DNA of 64,000 nucleotides. Source: Mycobacteriales bacterium. Lineage in GTDB: Bacteria; Actinomycetota; Actinomycetes; JAFAQI01. The stretch's first letter is position 1; the number at the start of each line of letters is the position of its first letter. The translations under genes and the position numbers were made by a program. A model generated the notes under the pieces. That model was not told where the DNA came from. It did no database searches and was given only the letters and a program-made list of their open reading frames with translations. This document shows positions 26,253 to 36,535 of this stretch, piece by piece. The DNA is taken from assembly GCA_035504215.1 (NCBI GenBank), contig DATJSI010000050.1, positions 8,340 to 72,339 on the forward strand, in the 5' to 3' direction.

Positions 26253-27107
26253 CTACTCCTCGGCGGAGGTGTCCGCGTCGGCCTCGGTGGACTCGGCAGG
26301 CTCGGCGGGCTCGGTGGGCTCGGCGACCTCGCTGTCGGTGCTGGCCTCGGGCTCGGCGACCGCGGCGGCGGGAGCAGGAGCCGAGGGGCCGGCGTCGCCG
26401 TCCGATCCGAGGTCACGCGTGCGGGTCGGGTCGACCAGGATCCCGGGACCCATCGTCGTCGACAGCGCCACCTTGCGGATGTATCGACCCTTGGCCGCAG
26501 AGGGCTTGGCGCGGACGACCTCGTCGAGCGCGGCGGCGTAGTTCTCCACCAGCTGCGACTCGCTGAACGAGGTCTTGCCGATCACGAAGTGCAGGTTGGC
26601 CTGCCGGTCGACGCGGTACTCGATCTTGCCGCCCTTGATGTCGCTGACCGCCTTGCCCACGTCCATCGTGACGGTGCCGGTCTTCGGGTTCGGCATCAGG
26701 CCGCGGGGGCCGAGGACCCGGCCGAGCCGGCCGACCTTGCCCATCAGGTCAGGGGTCGAGACGGCTGCGTCGAAGTCGAGCATGCCGCCGGAGACCTGCT
26801 CGATCAGGTCGTCGCCACCGACGATGTCCGCACCGGCCGCGCGGGCCTCCTCGGCCTTCTCGCCGGTGGCGAAGACCGCGACGCGAGCGGTCTTCCCGGT
26901 GCCGTGCGGCAACGAGACGGTGCCGCGCACCATCTGGTCGGCCTTGCGCGGGTCGACGCCGAGCCGCATGGCCACCTCGACGGTCGCGTCGAAGCGCTTG
27001 GTGGTGGAGGTCTGCTTGGCCAGCCGAACCGCCTCGAGCGGCGTGTAGAGCCGATCGCGGTCAATGAGTGCGGCGGCGGACTTGTAGGACTTGCTGCGCT
27101 TGGTCAT
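26253..27107 (-). CDS. rplA: 50S ribosomal protein L1 with ~50-aa acidic C-terminal extension
   Basis: 284 aa [58 protein letters not shown].... Tail is [29 protein letters not shown]. Confidence 0.93.
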   Translation of the reverse strand: MTKRSKSYKSAAALIDRDRLYTPLEAVRLAKQTSTTKRFDATVEVAMRLGVDPRKADQMVRGTVSLPHGTGKTARVAVFATGEKAEEARAAGADIVGGDDLIEQVSGGMLDFDAAVSTPDLMGKVGRLGRVLGPRGLMPNPKTGTVTMDVGKAVSDIKGGKIEYRVDRQANLHFVIGKTSFSESQLVENYAAALDEVVRAKPSAAKGRYIRKVALSTTMGPGILVDPTRTRDLGSDGDAGPSAPAPAAAVAEPEASTDSEVAEPTEPAEPAESTEADADTSAEE

Positions 27108-27176
27108 CGGTGTGCTTTCTCCTAGTGGTTCGAGCGGAGCCGGCCGGCCCCTCCCACGACGTACGGCGGTGCGGTG

Positions 27177-27608
27177 TCAGTCGGTGACGGTGACGCCCAT
27201 CGAGCGGGCGGTGCCGGCGATGATCTTCTCGGCGGCGTCGAGGTCGTTGGCGTTGAGGTCGGCCTGCTTCGTGGTCGCGATCTCGCGCACCTGGGCACGC
27301 GTGATCGAGGCGACCTTGTTGGTGTGCGGCTCGCCGGAGCCCTTCTCGATCCCGGCCGCCTTGAGGATGAGCTTCGCCGCCGGCGGGGTCTTGGTGATGA
27401 AGGTGAAGCTGCGGTCTTCGTAGACGGTGATCTCGACCGGGATCACGTTGCCGCGCTGGGACTCGGTCTCCGCGTTGTACTGCTTGCAGAAGTCCATGAT
27501 GTTGACGCCGTGCTGACCAAGCGCAGGACCGACCGGAGGCGCGGGGGTCGCGGCACCGGCCTGGATCTGCAGCTTGATCAAGCCGGCGATCTTCTTCTTG
27601 GGAGGCAT
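27177..27608 (-). CDS. rplK: 50S ribosomal protein L11
   Basis: 143 aa [46 protein letters not shown]... Confidence 0.95.
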   Translation of the reverse strand: MPPKKKIAGLIKLQIQAGAATPAPPVGPALGQHGVNIMDFCKQYNAETESQRGNVIPVEITVYEDRSFTFITKTPPAAKLILKAAGIEKGSGEPHTNKVASITRAQVREIATTKQADLNANDLDAAEKIIAGTARSMGVTVTD

Positions 27609-27633
27609 CGGGTTCTTCCTGGATCTGGGCCGG

Positions 27634-28875
27634 TCAGATCTTGCTGACCTGGCTGAACGAGAGCTCGACCGGGGTCTCCCGGCCGAAGATGGAGACGAGG
27701 ACCTTCAGCCGCTGGGACTCGGCGTTGATCTCGTTGATGGTGGCGGGCAGCGTCGCGAACGGGCCGTCCATCACGGTGACCGACTCGCCGACCGCGAAGT
27801 CGACGACCTTCGGCACCTCGACCCGCTTCGCCTCGGCCGGCTTCGGGGCAAGGAACTTCACGACGTCCGCGGTCGATAGCGGCGTCGGGTGCGTGGTGCC
27901 CACGAAACCGGTCACACTCGGCGTGTTCTTGACGACCGACCAGGACTCGTCGGTGAGATCCATCCGGACGAGGACGTAGCCCGGGAAGATCTTCGAGTCC
28001 ACGACCTGGCGCTTGCCGCCCTTGATGATCGTCTCGGGCTGGGTCGGCACCTGGATGTCGAAGATGAAGTCCTCCATGTTCAGCGAGGCGATCCGCGACT
28101 CGAGGTTGGCCTTCACCCGGTTCTCATAACCCGCGTAGGTGTGGACGACGTACCAGTCGCCCGGCAAGGTCGCGAGCTTGGCCCGGAAGGCCTCGACCTC
28201 GTCGACCTCGTCGCCGGACTCGCCACCGACCTGCGTGCCGGACTGCGCCGCGGACTCCGCAAGCTCACCGGCCGCCGGCTCGCTGTCCGGCTCGGCCGCT
28301 TCCGCGGACTCCTGCTCGGCCGGCTCGTCGCCGGCAGCCGCGGCAGCCTGGTCGGCGACCGGCTCGGTGGCGGCCGGCGGCTCCGCGTCGCTCGGCTCTG
28401 CGTCGTCCGGTGCGGCGTCCTCCGGTTCCGTGTCGTCCGAAGCGACCGGGGTCGGCTCCGGCTCGGACTCCGTCGAGTCCGCTGCCGGATCAGCCTGGTC
28501 GGCAGCCTGTGACGGCTCTGCCGCATCCGCGTCGTCGGTGGCCGGTTCCTCGGTACGGTTCGCCGCCGCGACGGCCGCTGCCCAGGCGTCCGCGACCGGG
28601 CCGCTCGGAGGCTCCTCGGAGCCCGGGCCGTCAAGGTCCGACTCGGCGTTCGCTGTGTCGCCCGCTGTGTCGCCCGGCGTGTTGTCCGCTGCGTCCTCGG
28701 CCGGGTCGTGCTCGGTGGCGGTCGGGGCCTCTGCCGTCGGCGACTCCGGCGACGGCGCATCCGCCGACGAGGTCGGGAGGTCGGGCTCGACGACGTCACC
28801 GTCGGTCTGCTCGGGCACGTACTCGGTCACGATTGCGGGGTACTTCCTTGAGAGTGGGCGGGGAGGGACGGTCAA
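27634..28875 (-). CDS. nusG: transcription termination/antitermination factor NusG with ~235-aa acidic low-complexity N-terminal extension
   Basis: C-terminal NGN+KOW core ([22 protein letters not shown]...[54 protein letters not shown]). The N-terminal region is D/E/A/P-rich. Start codon is uncertain. Confidence 0.85.
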   Translation of the reverse strand: MTVPPRPLSRKYPAIVTEYVPEQTDGDVVEPDLPTSSADAPSPESPTAEAPTATEHDPAEDAADNTPGDTAGDTANAESDLDGPGSEEPPSGPVADAWAAAVAAANRTEEPATDDADAAEPSQAADQADPAADSTESEPEPTPVASDDTEPEDAAPDDAEPSDAEPPAATEPVADQAAAAAGDEPAEQESAEAAEPDSEPAAGELAESAAQSGTQVGGESGDEVDEVEAFRAKLATLPGDWYVVHTYAGYENRVKANLESRIASLNMEDFIFDIQVPTQPETIIKGGKRQVVDSKIFPGYVLVRMDLTDESWSVVKNTPSVTGFVGTTHPTPLSTADVVKFLAPKPAEAKRVEVPKVVDFAVGESVTVMDGPFATLPATINEINAESQRLKVLVSIFGRETPVELSFSQVSKI

Positions 28876-29180
28876 CCGAAGAGCTGGAAGACTCCCTTGG
28901 TGAACAAGTAGTCGAGCAGGCCGACGAAGGCGATCATGAACGTGACGAACGCCACGGACACGATCGTGTAGGTGACCAGCTCGTTGCGGGTCGGCCAGAT
29001 CACCTTGCGAAGCTCGCTCACCACCTGGCGGTTGTAGAGCGAGATCCTGGTGCCGAGGTTCGGGCGCTTGCCGCCGCGGCCACCGGCCTGCGCCGGCCGG
29101 ACCGCCGGTCCGGTCTCGCTGGTCTGCGTCACGCTCGTCACCTCCTGTCCGTCACGTGCTGGGTCGTCCGACGTCTGCAT
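28872..29180 (-). CDS. secE: preprotein translocase subunit SecE
   Basis: C-terminal TM segment with the conserved [34 protein letters not shown]. Located upstream of nusG. The start may be internal. Confidence 0.8.
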   Translation of the reverse strand: MQTSDDPARDGQEVTSVTQTSETGPAVRPAQAGGRGGKRPNLGTRISLYNRQVVSELRKVIWPTRNELVTYTIVSVAFVTFMIAFVGLLDYLFTKGVFQLFG

Positions 29181-29236
29181 TCATTGGATCACGACGGCAG
29201 TGCCCATTGTCCTGCTTCAGGTGCGCCGCCAGTCAG

Positions 29237-29309
29237 CAGGGCAGGAGGGACTCGAACCCCCAACCACCGGTTTTGGAGACCGGGACTCTGCCAATTGAGC
29301 TACTGCCCT
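29237..29309 (-). tRNA. tRNA-Trp (anticodon CCA)
   Basis: Reverse complement AGGGCAGTAGCTCAATTGGCAGAGTCCCGGTCTCCAAAACCGGTGGTTGGGGGTTCGAGTCCCTCCTGCCCTG. Cloverleaf with CCA anticodon. Canonical position upstream of secE. Confidence 0.9.
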
Positions 29310-29431
29310 ATGAGTGCGTTGCGAACGTCGCAGTGTACGTCCCGCCGGGCGACCCGGTCGAACCAGTGGGACGGGTGCGACACGCCACAACCTGGTGGAC
29401 CCACGCTCGGCCGGTAGGCGACCATAGGGGC

Positions 29432-30646
29432 ATGGCTTCGCGCTCCAGAATCTCCAACCGCGTCGGCTCGATCGCCGAATCCGCCACGCTCGCGGTCGAT
29501 GCGAAGGCCAAGGCGTTGAGGGCCGCCGGGCGCGACGTGATCGGGTTCGGCGCCGGCGAGCCCGACTTTGCGACGCCCGCTCCGATCGTGGCAGCGGCGG
29601 TCGCCGCCTGCTCCGACCCGGCGATGCACCACTACACGCCCACACCGGGCCTGCCGGCGCTTCGCCAGGCAATCGCCGAGAAGACCTACCGCGACTCCGG
29701 CTACGACGTTGCCGCCGCACAGGTGCTGGTCACCAACGGCGGCAAGCAGGCGGTCTACCAGGCATTCGCCACCCTGCTCGACCCGGGCGACGAGGTGCTC
29801 CTGCCGGCGCCGTACTGGACGACCTATCCCGAGGCGATCCGGCTGGCCGGCGGCGTGCCCGCAGTGGTCGAGACGGAGACCGCCAGCGGCTACCTCGCGA
29901 CCGTCGAGCAGCTCGAGGCGGCGCGCACCGAGCGCACCAAGGCGCTGCTGTTCTGCTCACCGTCGAACCCGACGGGAGCGGTCTACCCACCTGAGCAGGT
30001 GGAGGCGATCGGCCGGTGGGCGGTCGAGCACGGGGTGTGGGTGATCACCGACGAGATCTACGAGCACCTGCGCTACGACGGCGCGCTCGCGCCCTCGATG
30101 CCGGTGGCGGCGCCGGAGCTGGCCGAGCGCTGCGTCGTCCTGAACGGGGTCGCGAAGACCTACGCGATGACCGGCTGGCGGGTCGGCTGGATGGTCGGTC
30201 CGACCGACGTGATCGGCGCGGCCGCCAACCTGCAGTCCCACGCGACCTCGAACGTCTCGAACGTCGCCCAGGCGGCCGCGCTCGCCGCAGTCGGCGGCGA
30301 CCTTTCCGCCGCGGCGGCGATGCGCGAGGCGTTCGACGTACGGCGCAAGACGATGGTCCGGATGCTGAGCGAGATCCCTGGCGTCGAGTGCCCGACCCCG
30401 CTCGGCGCGTTCTACTGCTTCCCGTCGGTAAAGGCGCTGCTCGGGCGGCCGCTTCGCGGGCGGACGCCGGCGACCTCCGCGGAGCTCGCCGAGGTGCTGC
30501 TCGACGAGGCAGAGGTCGCGGTCGTCCCGGGCGAGGCGTTCGGCGCGCCGGGCTGTTTCCGGCTGTCCTACGCGCTGGGCGACGACGATCTCGTCGAAGG
30601 CGTCGGCCGGATGGCCAAGCTGCTCGGCGAGATCAGCCTGGCCTGA
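29432..30646 (+). CDS. PLP-dependent aspartate/aromatic aminotransferase (class I)
   Basis: Start at [46 protein letters not shown]. Contains SNPTGAVY and [18 protein letters not shown] (Lys-pyridoxal region). The ORF-track upstream extension, which overlaps the tRNA, is rejected. Confidence 0.85.
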   Translation: MASRSRISNRVGSIAESATLAVDAKAKALRAAGRDVIGFGAGEPDFATPAPIVAAAVAACSDPAMHHYTPTPGLPALRQAIAEKTYRDSGYDVAAAQVLVTNGGKQAVYQAFATLLDPGDEVLLPAPYWTTYPEAIRLAGGVPAVVETETASGYLATVEQLEAARTERTKALLFCSPSNPTGAVYPPEQVEAIGRWAVEHGVWVITDEIYEHLRYDGALAPSMPVAAPELAERCVVLNGVAKTYAMTGWRVGWMVGPTDVIGAAANLQSHATSNVSNVAQAAALAAVGGDLSAAAAMREAFDVRRKTMVRMLSEIPGVECPTPLGAFYCFPSVKALLGRPLRGRTPATSAELAEVLLDEAEVAVVPGEAFGAPGCFRLSYALGDDDLVEGVGRMAKLLGEISLA

Positions 30647-30663
30647 GCGCCCGGGCCCACCAC

Positions 30664-31587
30664 CTAGACGACCGCGGAGTCGACCGGCGGGTCGGAACGC
30701 CGGGCCTGTGCCCGCAGCTCGCTCGCGACCATCGCCCGGCCGGCCTCGCGGCCGGCCGCGATCAGCCACGGAGTGCGCGAGAAGTCCCGCATGTCGTGAC
30801 GGCCGAGGGACAACGGCGGCAACGTGACGATCCGCTGTCCGGGCGCCGGAACGGGGGCGAGCCGGCCAAGGTGGGAGCGCGAGATGGCGAAGCTCTCCAG
30901 CAGGACGTCGAGAGCCGACATCCGCTCGTCCGCCCATCCGACGTACTCCCGGGCGATGTTGAGGACCCACACGCGGGCCGCGCCGAGATCGAGGGCGCGC
31001 TGGGTGGGCACCGGGCACGACACGCCGCCGTCGACATGCAGCCGGCCGTCGAGCTCCACCGGGGGGAACAGGCCGGGCAGGCAGGCGCTGGCGCTCAACA
31101 CGTCTACCGGGTCACCTCGGGTCCACCAGGTCGGCTCCCCGGCGATCAGGTCCGTGGTCACGACATGACACGGGATCGCGGTCAGCGAAAGGTCGGCGAG
31201 CGGGACGCACGCGGCGAAGACGGTGCGCATGCCCTCGGGGGTGTAGAGGTAGCTCGCGCGGCTCACCAACCGCCGCGCGACCCGGAACCGGCCGTCGGGG
31301 AAGACCTCCCGGCGCGACATGGACCGCCAGACCCCTTCGAGCGCATGGGCTCGGGCCGCGGTCGGGTCGGTCGCGATGTAGGCCGCGTTGATCGCGCCGA
31401 CCGAGCAGCCCACGACGGCATCCGGGACCACGCCGCCTTCGAACAGCGCCTGGAGTGCCCCGACCTGGGCGGCGCCGAGGCTGCCGCCGCCGGAGAACAC
31501 GATCACCTCGCGCGGCGGCTCGGTCGGCCGGACCACCGGCTCGATCTCCTCGCGGCGACCGCGGCGCAAGAACGCGAGCACAGACAT
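30664..31587 (-). CDS. patatin-like phospholipase family protein
   Basis: 307 aa with oxyanion VIVFSGGGSLGAAQVGAL, nucleophile elbow GCSVGA (GxSxG) and a downstream DGG motif. Confidence 0.75.
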   Translation of the reverse strand: MSVLAFLRRGRREEIEPVVRPTEPPREVIVFSGGGSLGAAQVGALQALFEGGVVPDAVVGCSVGAINAAYIATDPTAARAHALEGVWRSMSRREVFPDGRFRVARRLVSRASYLYTPEGMRTVFAACVPLADLSLTAIPCHVVTTDLIAGEPTWWTRGDPVDVLSASACLPGLFPPVELDGRLHVDGGVSCPVPTQRALDLGAARVWVLNIAREYVGWADERMSALDVLLESFAISRSHLGRLAPVPAPGQRIVTLPPLSLGRHDMRDFSRTPWLIAAGREAGRAMVASELRAQARRSDPPVDSAVV

Positions 31588-31727
31588 CGCGCAGCACCGC
31601 CTTCGCCGTGGGTCGACCCGGTTCGCCCGACGATTGGTCGTAGCGCCCGGGTCCGAAGATCTACCCGGGCGCTACGACAGTACGACGATCTTGGGCCGCT
31701 TTGCGGTCGATCGGCCGAGTTGTGCGT

Positions 31728-33209
31728 TCAGACGCCGACCGATGCCAGCTCACCGGACGGGACGCCCGTGACGTCGCCCTCGCCGGTCTCGATCCCGGCC
31801 TGGAGGGCGGTGGCCCGCCGCGGCACACCGAGCAGGACCAGCGCCGCAACACCGACCACCGCGGCACCGACCTCGACCGCCGGCCGCAGCCCGAGCGCGA
31901 AGTCGTGCGGGGACAGGTAGCCGCCGTGCCCGGCGAAGACCGAGGCGAGCACGGCCACGCCGAACACGCCGCCGACCTCGCGCAACGCGTTGGCGGCTCC
32001 GGACGCGATGCCCTCCTCTTCGCGCCGTACGGTGCTGAGGACCAGCGCAGCGGTCGGGGCGAAGAACATCGCCATGCCGATGCCGCTCACCGACAGCGCC
32101 GGCACCAGGTGCAGGAACGGCGTGGTCGGGCTCATCAGCTGCGCCAGCCAGAACAGGCCGATCGCCTGAAGCGCCAGGCCGACGAAGACGACCGGGCGGG
32201 CGCCGATCCGGTCCGCGAGGATGCCGGCGATCGGCGCGAACACGATCGGCATCCCGGTCCAGGGCAGCATCCGCAGCCCGGCGCCCAGCGGGGTGTAGCC
32301 CTGCATGGTCTGCAGCGCCTGGGACAGCAGGAAGATCGAGCCGAACATCCCGAAGAACATCAGGACGCTGGCGGCGTTGGCGGCGGTGAAGCCGCGAGAA
32401 CGGAACAGCCGCATCGGAAGCATCGGCTCGCTGGTCCGCAGCTCCCAGCGGACGAAGGCCACGAGCAGCGCCGCGCCCACCGCGAGCGAGGTCAGCACGT
32501 AGGTCGAGGTCCAGCCGAGTGCGTTCGCCCGCACCGTGCCGAGGACCAGGCCGAACAGGCCGGTGCTCGCCAGCAACACGCCGCCGAGGTCGAGGCGTGA
32601 CGCCGGGCCGTGGCTTTCGGCCAGGCCGCGCCACGCGACCGGGAGCAGCAACAGGCCGATCGGCACGTTGATCCAGAAGATCGTCTGCCACGACCAGCCC
32701 TGCACCACCGCGCCGCCGACCAGCGGGCCACTGGAGATCGCGAGGCCGGCAACGGCACCCCAGGCGCCGAGTGCCGCGCCGCGGCGCTCGACCGGAACGG
32801 CGGCGGAGAGCAGCGTCAGGGTGAGCGGCGTCACGATCGCCGAACCCGATCCCTGCACGGCCCGGGCGACGATCAGCCAGCCCGCGCTCGGCGCGAGCGC
32901 CGCTGCGGCGGATCCGGCGGTGAACACGACGAGGCCGACGAGGAACATCCGCCGGCGGCCGAACCGCTCGCCGAGAGTTGCCCCGGTCAGCAGCAGTACG
33001 GCGAAGGTCAAGGTGTAGGCGTTGACGGTCCATTCCAGCGATGACAGCGAGGCGTGCAGGTGCAGCCGGATGACCGGCAGCGCCGTCGTGACGACCAGGT
33101 TGTCGAGCGAGGTCATGAACAGGGCAACGCTGGTGATCACGAACGTCCAGATCGTCCGGGTCCTCGCGGTCATAGCCGGCTTCCTCTCGTTACCAGAGTG
33201 AGTAGTCAC
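31728..33209 (-). CDS. MFS transporter, DHA2 (EmrB/QacA) family, ~14 TMS
   Basis: 493 aa; MFS motif LGERFGRRRMFLVGL and multiple hydrophobic helices. Alternative start at 33173. Confidence 0.8.
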   Translation of the reverse strand: MTTHSGNERKPAMTARTRTIWTFVITSVALFMTSLDNLVVTTALPVIRLHLHASLSSLEWTVNAYTLTFAVLLLTGATLGERFGRRRMFLVGLVVFTAGSAAAALAPSAGWLIVARAVQGSGSAIVTPLTLTLLSAAVPVERRGAALGAWGAVAGLAISSGPLVGGAVVQGWSWQTIFWINVPIGLLLLPVAWRGLAESHGPASRLDLGGVLLASTGLFGLVLGTVRANALGWTSTYVLTSLAVGAALLVAFVRWELRTSEPMLPMRLFRSRGFTAANAASVLMFFGMFGSIFLLSQALQTMQGYTPLGAGLRMLPWTGMPIVFAPIAGILADRIGARPVVFVGLALQAIGLFWLAQLMSPTTPFLHLVPALSVSGIGMAMFFAPTAALVLSTVRREEEGIASGAANALREVGGVFGVAVLASVFAGHGGYLSPHDFALGLRPAVEVGAAVVGVAALVLLGVPRRATALQAGIETGEGDVTGVPSGELASVGV

Positions 33210-33230
33210 TCACTTTCCGGGTCAAAAAAA

Positions 33231-33800
33231 TTAGGCGGGGTCGTCCCCGGCCGGGTTGAGCCACGCCGGCGGCAGGCACGCCTTGATCCACGCCGAGCTG
33301 TGGCTGGTGGCGTCCATGGACGCGATGACGTTCATCAGCATGCCGAGGGCGAAGAACTGCTGCATCTCCTCGTCGCTGGCTCCGGAAAGGCGCACGACCT
33401 CGCGCCAGAGCCGGCCGAACTCGTAGCGGGTCGCCTCGGCGATCTCCTCGTCGTCGCACGCGACGTAGCACTGCATCTGCAGCATGAGCTCGTCCCGATC
33501 GCGCAACAGCTCGCTGTACGCCTCGCCCATGGCCTCCATCGCGGCCTCACCGGTCTGGTCGCCGACCGCCTCGACAAACGCCTCGCGTACCCGGGCGAAA
33601 CCATGCGCGACGAGCGCGAGGAACAGCTCCTTCTTGGTGGGGAACAGTCGGAACAGGTACGGGTGGCTGATCCCAGCGGCTCGGGCCACCTCTTCGGTGG
33701 AGGTGCCGTGGTAGCCGCCCTTGGCAAACGGTGCGACCGCCGCCCGCAGGACGTCGGCGCGCCGCTCGGCGGCGGTCATCCGGGTCGCGGGAGGGGCCAT
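33231..33800 (-). CDS. TetR/AcrR family transcriptional regulator
   Basis: N-terminal HTH AAERRADVLRAAVAPFAKGGYHGTSTEEVARAAGISHPYLFRLFPTKKELF. Sits upstream and co-directional with the MFS gene. Confidence 0.8.
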   Translation of the reverse strand: MAPPATRMTAAERRADVLRAAVAPFAKGGYHGTSTEEVARAAGISHPYLFRLFPTKKELFLALVAHGFARVREAFVEAVGDQTGEAAMEAMGEAYSELLRDRDELMLQMQCYVACDDEEIAEATRYEFGRLWREVVRLSGASDEEMQQFFALGMLMNVIASMDATSHSSAWIKACLPPAWLNPAGDDPA

Positions 33801-33880
33801 GGGAAGTAAGTTAACTGCTCACTCACTAACTGTCAAGCGACGCAGACCCCCGTCCGCCCGTTCGCCGAACTCAGCCGTAC

Positions 33881-34309
33881 TCAGGTGAGCTGGACGATGG
33901 CTCGTGCTTTCGTGAGCACGCTGGCGCCGAGCGCCCTCGCCTCGAGCGCGACGGAGACCTTGCGGTCGTCGAGCTTGGTCTCGACCCAGCCGGAAATCTC
34001 GATGTCGGTGCCCTTGTCGTCGTCGGGCACCGGCACCGGGGCGGTGAACCGCACGCCGTACTCGACGACCGCACCCGGGTCGCCGGCCCAGTCGGTGATC
34101 ACCCGGCCGGCTTCGGCCATGGTGAACATCCCGTGCGCGATGACGTCGGGCAGCCCGACCGCCTTGGCGATGCGCTCGTTCCAGTGGATCACGTTGAAGT
34201 CGCCGGACGCGCCGGCGTACTTCACGAGGTCCGCCCGTTGGACGTTGAAGGTCTGGGCGGGCAGCTTCGTGCCGACCTCGACGTCGTCGTAGGACACCTT
34301 CGCCGCCAT
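33881..34309 (-). CDS. MaoC-like (hotdog fold) dehydratase
   Basis: 142 aa with the ...DFNVIHWNERIAKAVGLPDVIAHGMFTMA... hydratase motif. Possibly HadB-like by synteny with rpmG/tRNA-Trp-secE (inference). Confidence 0.7.
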   Translation of the reverse strand: MAAKVSYDDVEVGTKLPAQTFNVQRADLVKYAGASGDFNVIHWNERIAKAVGLPDVIAHGMFTMAEAGRVITDWAGDPGAVVEYGVRFTAPVPVPDDDKGTDIEISGWVETKLDDRKVSVALEARALGASVLTKARAIVQLT

Positions 34310-34345
34310 GGTCCGGACGCTACCTCAGCCGGTCCGCCGAGCGGC

Positions 34346-36007
34346 TCAGGCCTTGCCGGTGATCTCGGCCGCACACCGCTGCCCGCTGCGCAGGCCGCCT
34401 TCGATGTAGCCCTGGAAGTTCAACGACGTGTGCTCGCCCGCGAAGTGCAGGTTGCCGTGGCGGCGGCCCTGGATCCCGTTGAAGTCGGTGTACTGCCCGA
34501 CCTTCAGGTAGGAGTAGGCGCCCTTGATGTGCGGGTCACCGCTGGACCACACGTAGAACGACTTCCCGTTGTACGCCGACGTCAGCCCGGGATAGATCGC
34601 GTCGAACTGGCTCAGGTAGTCGTGCACCATCTGTGCCGGTGCAGCTCCGCGGTAGTGACGCAAGTCGTAGCGCTGCCCCCAGTCGGTGCCCACCGTGCCG
34701 CCGGGAAGCGCCGCGAGGACCCCCGCCGTACCAGGTTGGTAGCCGGTTGCGTCCCATGCGCCCTGCACGACGCCGGCGCAGTAGACGTTGCCGGTCTTGC
34801 CGGCCTGGTCCCACACCCGGTGCGAGAACTGCAGGAACATCTTCGCGTTGCTGCCGAGCGGCTCGGTATGGATCGCGCGGCGCTGTGGCGCGGGCAGCGC
34901 GATCCCGGTCAGGTCCACGTCGCGCAGCAGGGTGAACGGCAACGCGAGGACGACGTGGTCGGCGGCGACGGAGTGGTGGCGACCGTCGTGGTCGAAGGTC
35001 AGCCGGTATCGGCCGTGAGCGGTTGCGGCGATCGCGACGAGTCGCTCGCGCAGATGCAACGAACCGGCAGGCAACCCGTCGACGATGCCGGTGGTCAGCT
35101 GGTCGCAGCCGCCGTGGATGTGCCACTTCTCGTCCGCGCCGTCGAGCTCCGGCGACGACTTCGGCTGGTTGCCACTCTTCGTGCTGTCGTCCTCGCCGAG
35201 CAGGTACACGAGGTTCAGCGCGGATTGCTCTTCCGGCGGACCGCCGAACTCGTCAAGGACGGCCGAGATGCAGAGCTGCCCGAAGTCGCCACCGATCCCG
35301 CCCGGGACGTAGGCGTCGATCCAGTCGGACACGGACATCCGATCCCACTGGCGTCCCCACTTCGTGCTGCGGGTGTAGGTGGTCGGCCATGGCGCCTTGT
35401 TGATCGCGGCATCGTGGAAGAGCTTCCAGCCCCACTCGTGCCACTCGTGGTTCATCATCTTCTGCGGCCACAGCTTGCCGTCGAACTGCAGGCTGACCTG
35501 GTCCTGGTGCGGCTCCGGGTAGTGGTCGGTGTTGTCGAGAGTGAGGCCGAACCGCTTGGCGAGCGCGAGCGTCGCGGTGTGTTCGGGGTTCACGAACTCG
35601 GCATGCTCCTCGACCAGCTGGCCGTCGTCGAAGTGGCCGCGCAGCGTACGGATGCGGCCGCCGTGCCGGTCGGCGTACTCGTAGATCTGGGAGCGGATGC
35701 CGTGGCGATGCCAGAGCCGGTCCGCGCAGCCGAGCCCGGCGATACCGGCACCCACGATGACGACGGTGGGTTGCTTGCGAGCGTTCCGAGCGCCGGGTCT
35801 GGCAGCGGCGAGCTCACCGCCCGCGATCGGTACGGCGAGCGCTGCCGCGGCGACACCTGCACCCTGAAGCAGGCGCCGGCGGCTGATTCCGGCCGCGACG
35901 ATGTCCGCCGCTTCGTCGATCGGTGCACCCGAGCGCCGGGCAACTCGAGAGGTGAGCTGGGCGGTGCGCAGCGCGTCGCGCGCCGCGCTCGCTCTCATGG
36001 GCCGCAT
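34346..36007 (-). CDS. flavin-containing amine oxidase (L-amino-acid/monoamine oxidase family) with twin-arginine signal
   Basis: 553 aa. Tat motif SRRRLLQGAGVAAAALAVP. FAD dinucleotide fold VVIVGAGIAGLGCADRL. The C-terminal region is typical of amine oxidases. Confidence 0.75.
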   Translation of the reverse strand: MRPMRASAARDALRTAQLTSRVARRSGAPIDEAADIVAAGISRRRLLQGAGVAAAALAVPIAGGELAAARPGARNARKQPTVVIVGAGIAGLGCADRLWHRHGIRSQIYEYADRHGGRIRTLRGHFDDGQLVEEHAEFVNPEHTATLALAKRFGLTLDNTDHYPEPHQDQVSLQFDGKLWPQKMMNHEWHEWGWKLFHDAAINKAPWPTTYTRSTKWGRQWDRMSVSDWIDAYVPGGIGGDFGQLCISAVLDEFGGPPEEQSALNLVYLLGEDDSTKSGNQPKSSPELDGADEKWHIHGGCDQLTTGIVDGLPAGSLHLRERLVAIAATAHGRYRLTFDHDGRHHSVAADHVVLALPFTLLRDVDLTGIALPAPQRRAIHTEPLGSNAKMFLQFSHRVWDQAGKTGNVYCAGVVQGAWDATGYQPGTAGVLAALPGGTVGTDWGQRYDLRHYRGAAPAQMVHDYLSQFDAIYPGLTSAYNGKSFYVWSSGDPHIKGAYSYLKVGQYTDFNGIQGRRHGNLHFAGEHTSLNFQGYIEGGLRSGQRCAAEITGKA

Positions 36008-36044
36008 CCGCGGACCGTACTACCGGATCGACGGCCGGTCGCGG

Positions 36045-36515
36045 TCAGTCTCCCGGCGACGAACTCTCGGCCGCGGTCGCGAGTCGTTCGAGGGTTTGCG
36101 TCATCCCGGCGCGGTTGTGGGAGGCCCGGTCCGCGACGCCGGTCGCCGGCCCGCTCAACAGCTTCAGCAGCGGGTTGCGACGATCGGTCCACGACTCCGT
36201 CACCGCGCAACCGTCGGCAGTCGGCGCGAAGGTGTATCCCCACTCGGCGACGCTCATTCCGCCGACCTTGACGAGGAAGCTGAACGCCTTGCCGGGATCC
36301 GCATCGACGACGGTTGAGACCGACTTCCAGGTCTTCGTGCCGTTGCGATTAGTTCCGCGGAACGACGCGCCGCGGACCGGCCGGTTCGCACCGCGGAGCC
36401 ACTCGATTGCGATGGTCTGCGGCGACCACTCGGGCATCCGGGTGACGTCGGCAACCAGCCCCCACACCAGCTCCGCGGGAGCACGGATCTCCCGGGTGAC
36501 CTCGACATCCGCCAC
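36045..36515 (-). CDS. SRPBCC (START/Bet v1-like, polyketide cyclase/dehydrase-like) family protein
   Basis: 157 aa from the GTG start VADVEVTREIRAPAELVWGLVADVTRMPEWSPQ.... A purine-rich GGGGGAGGGG tract lies just upstream. The long upstream ORF-track extension is rejected. Confidence 0.6.
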   Translation of the reverse strand: MADVEVTREIRAPAELVWGLVADVTRMPEWSPQTIAIEWLRGANRPVRGASFRGTNRNGTKTWKSVSTVVDADPGKAFSFLVKVGGMSVAEWGYTFAPTADGCAVTESWTDRRNPLLKLLSGPATGVADRASHNRAGMTQTLERLATAAESSSPGD

Positions 36516-36535
36516 GACCCCTCCCCCAGATCGGC

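Noticed and set aside
34133-36271. 712-aa plus-strand ORF
   Set aside because: Antisense to the amine oxidase gene. An artefact.
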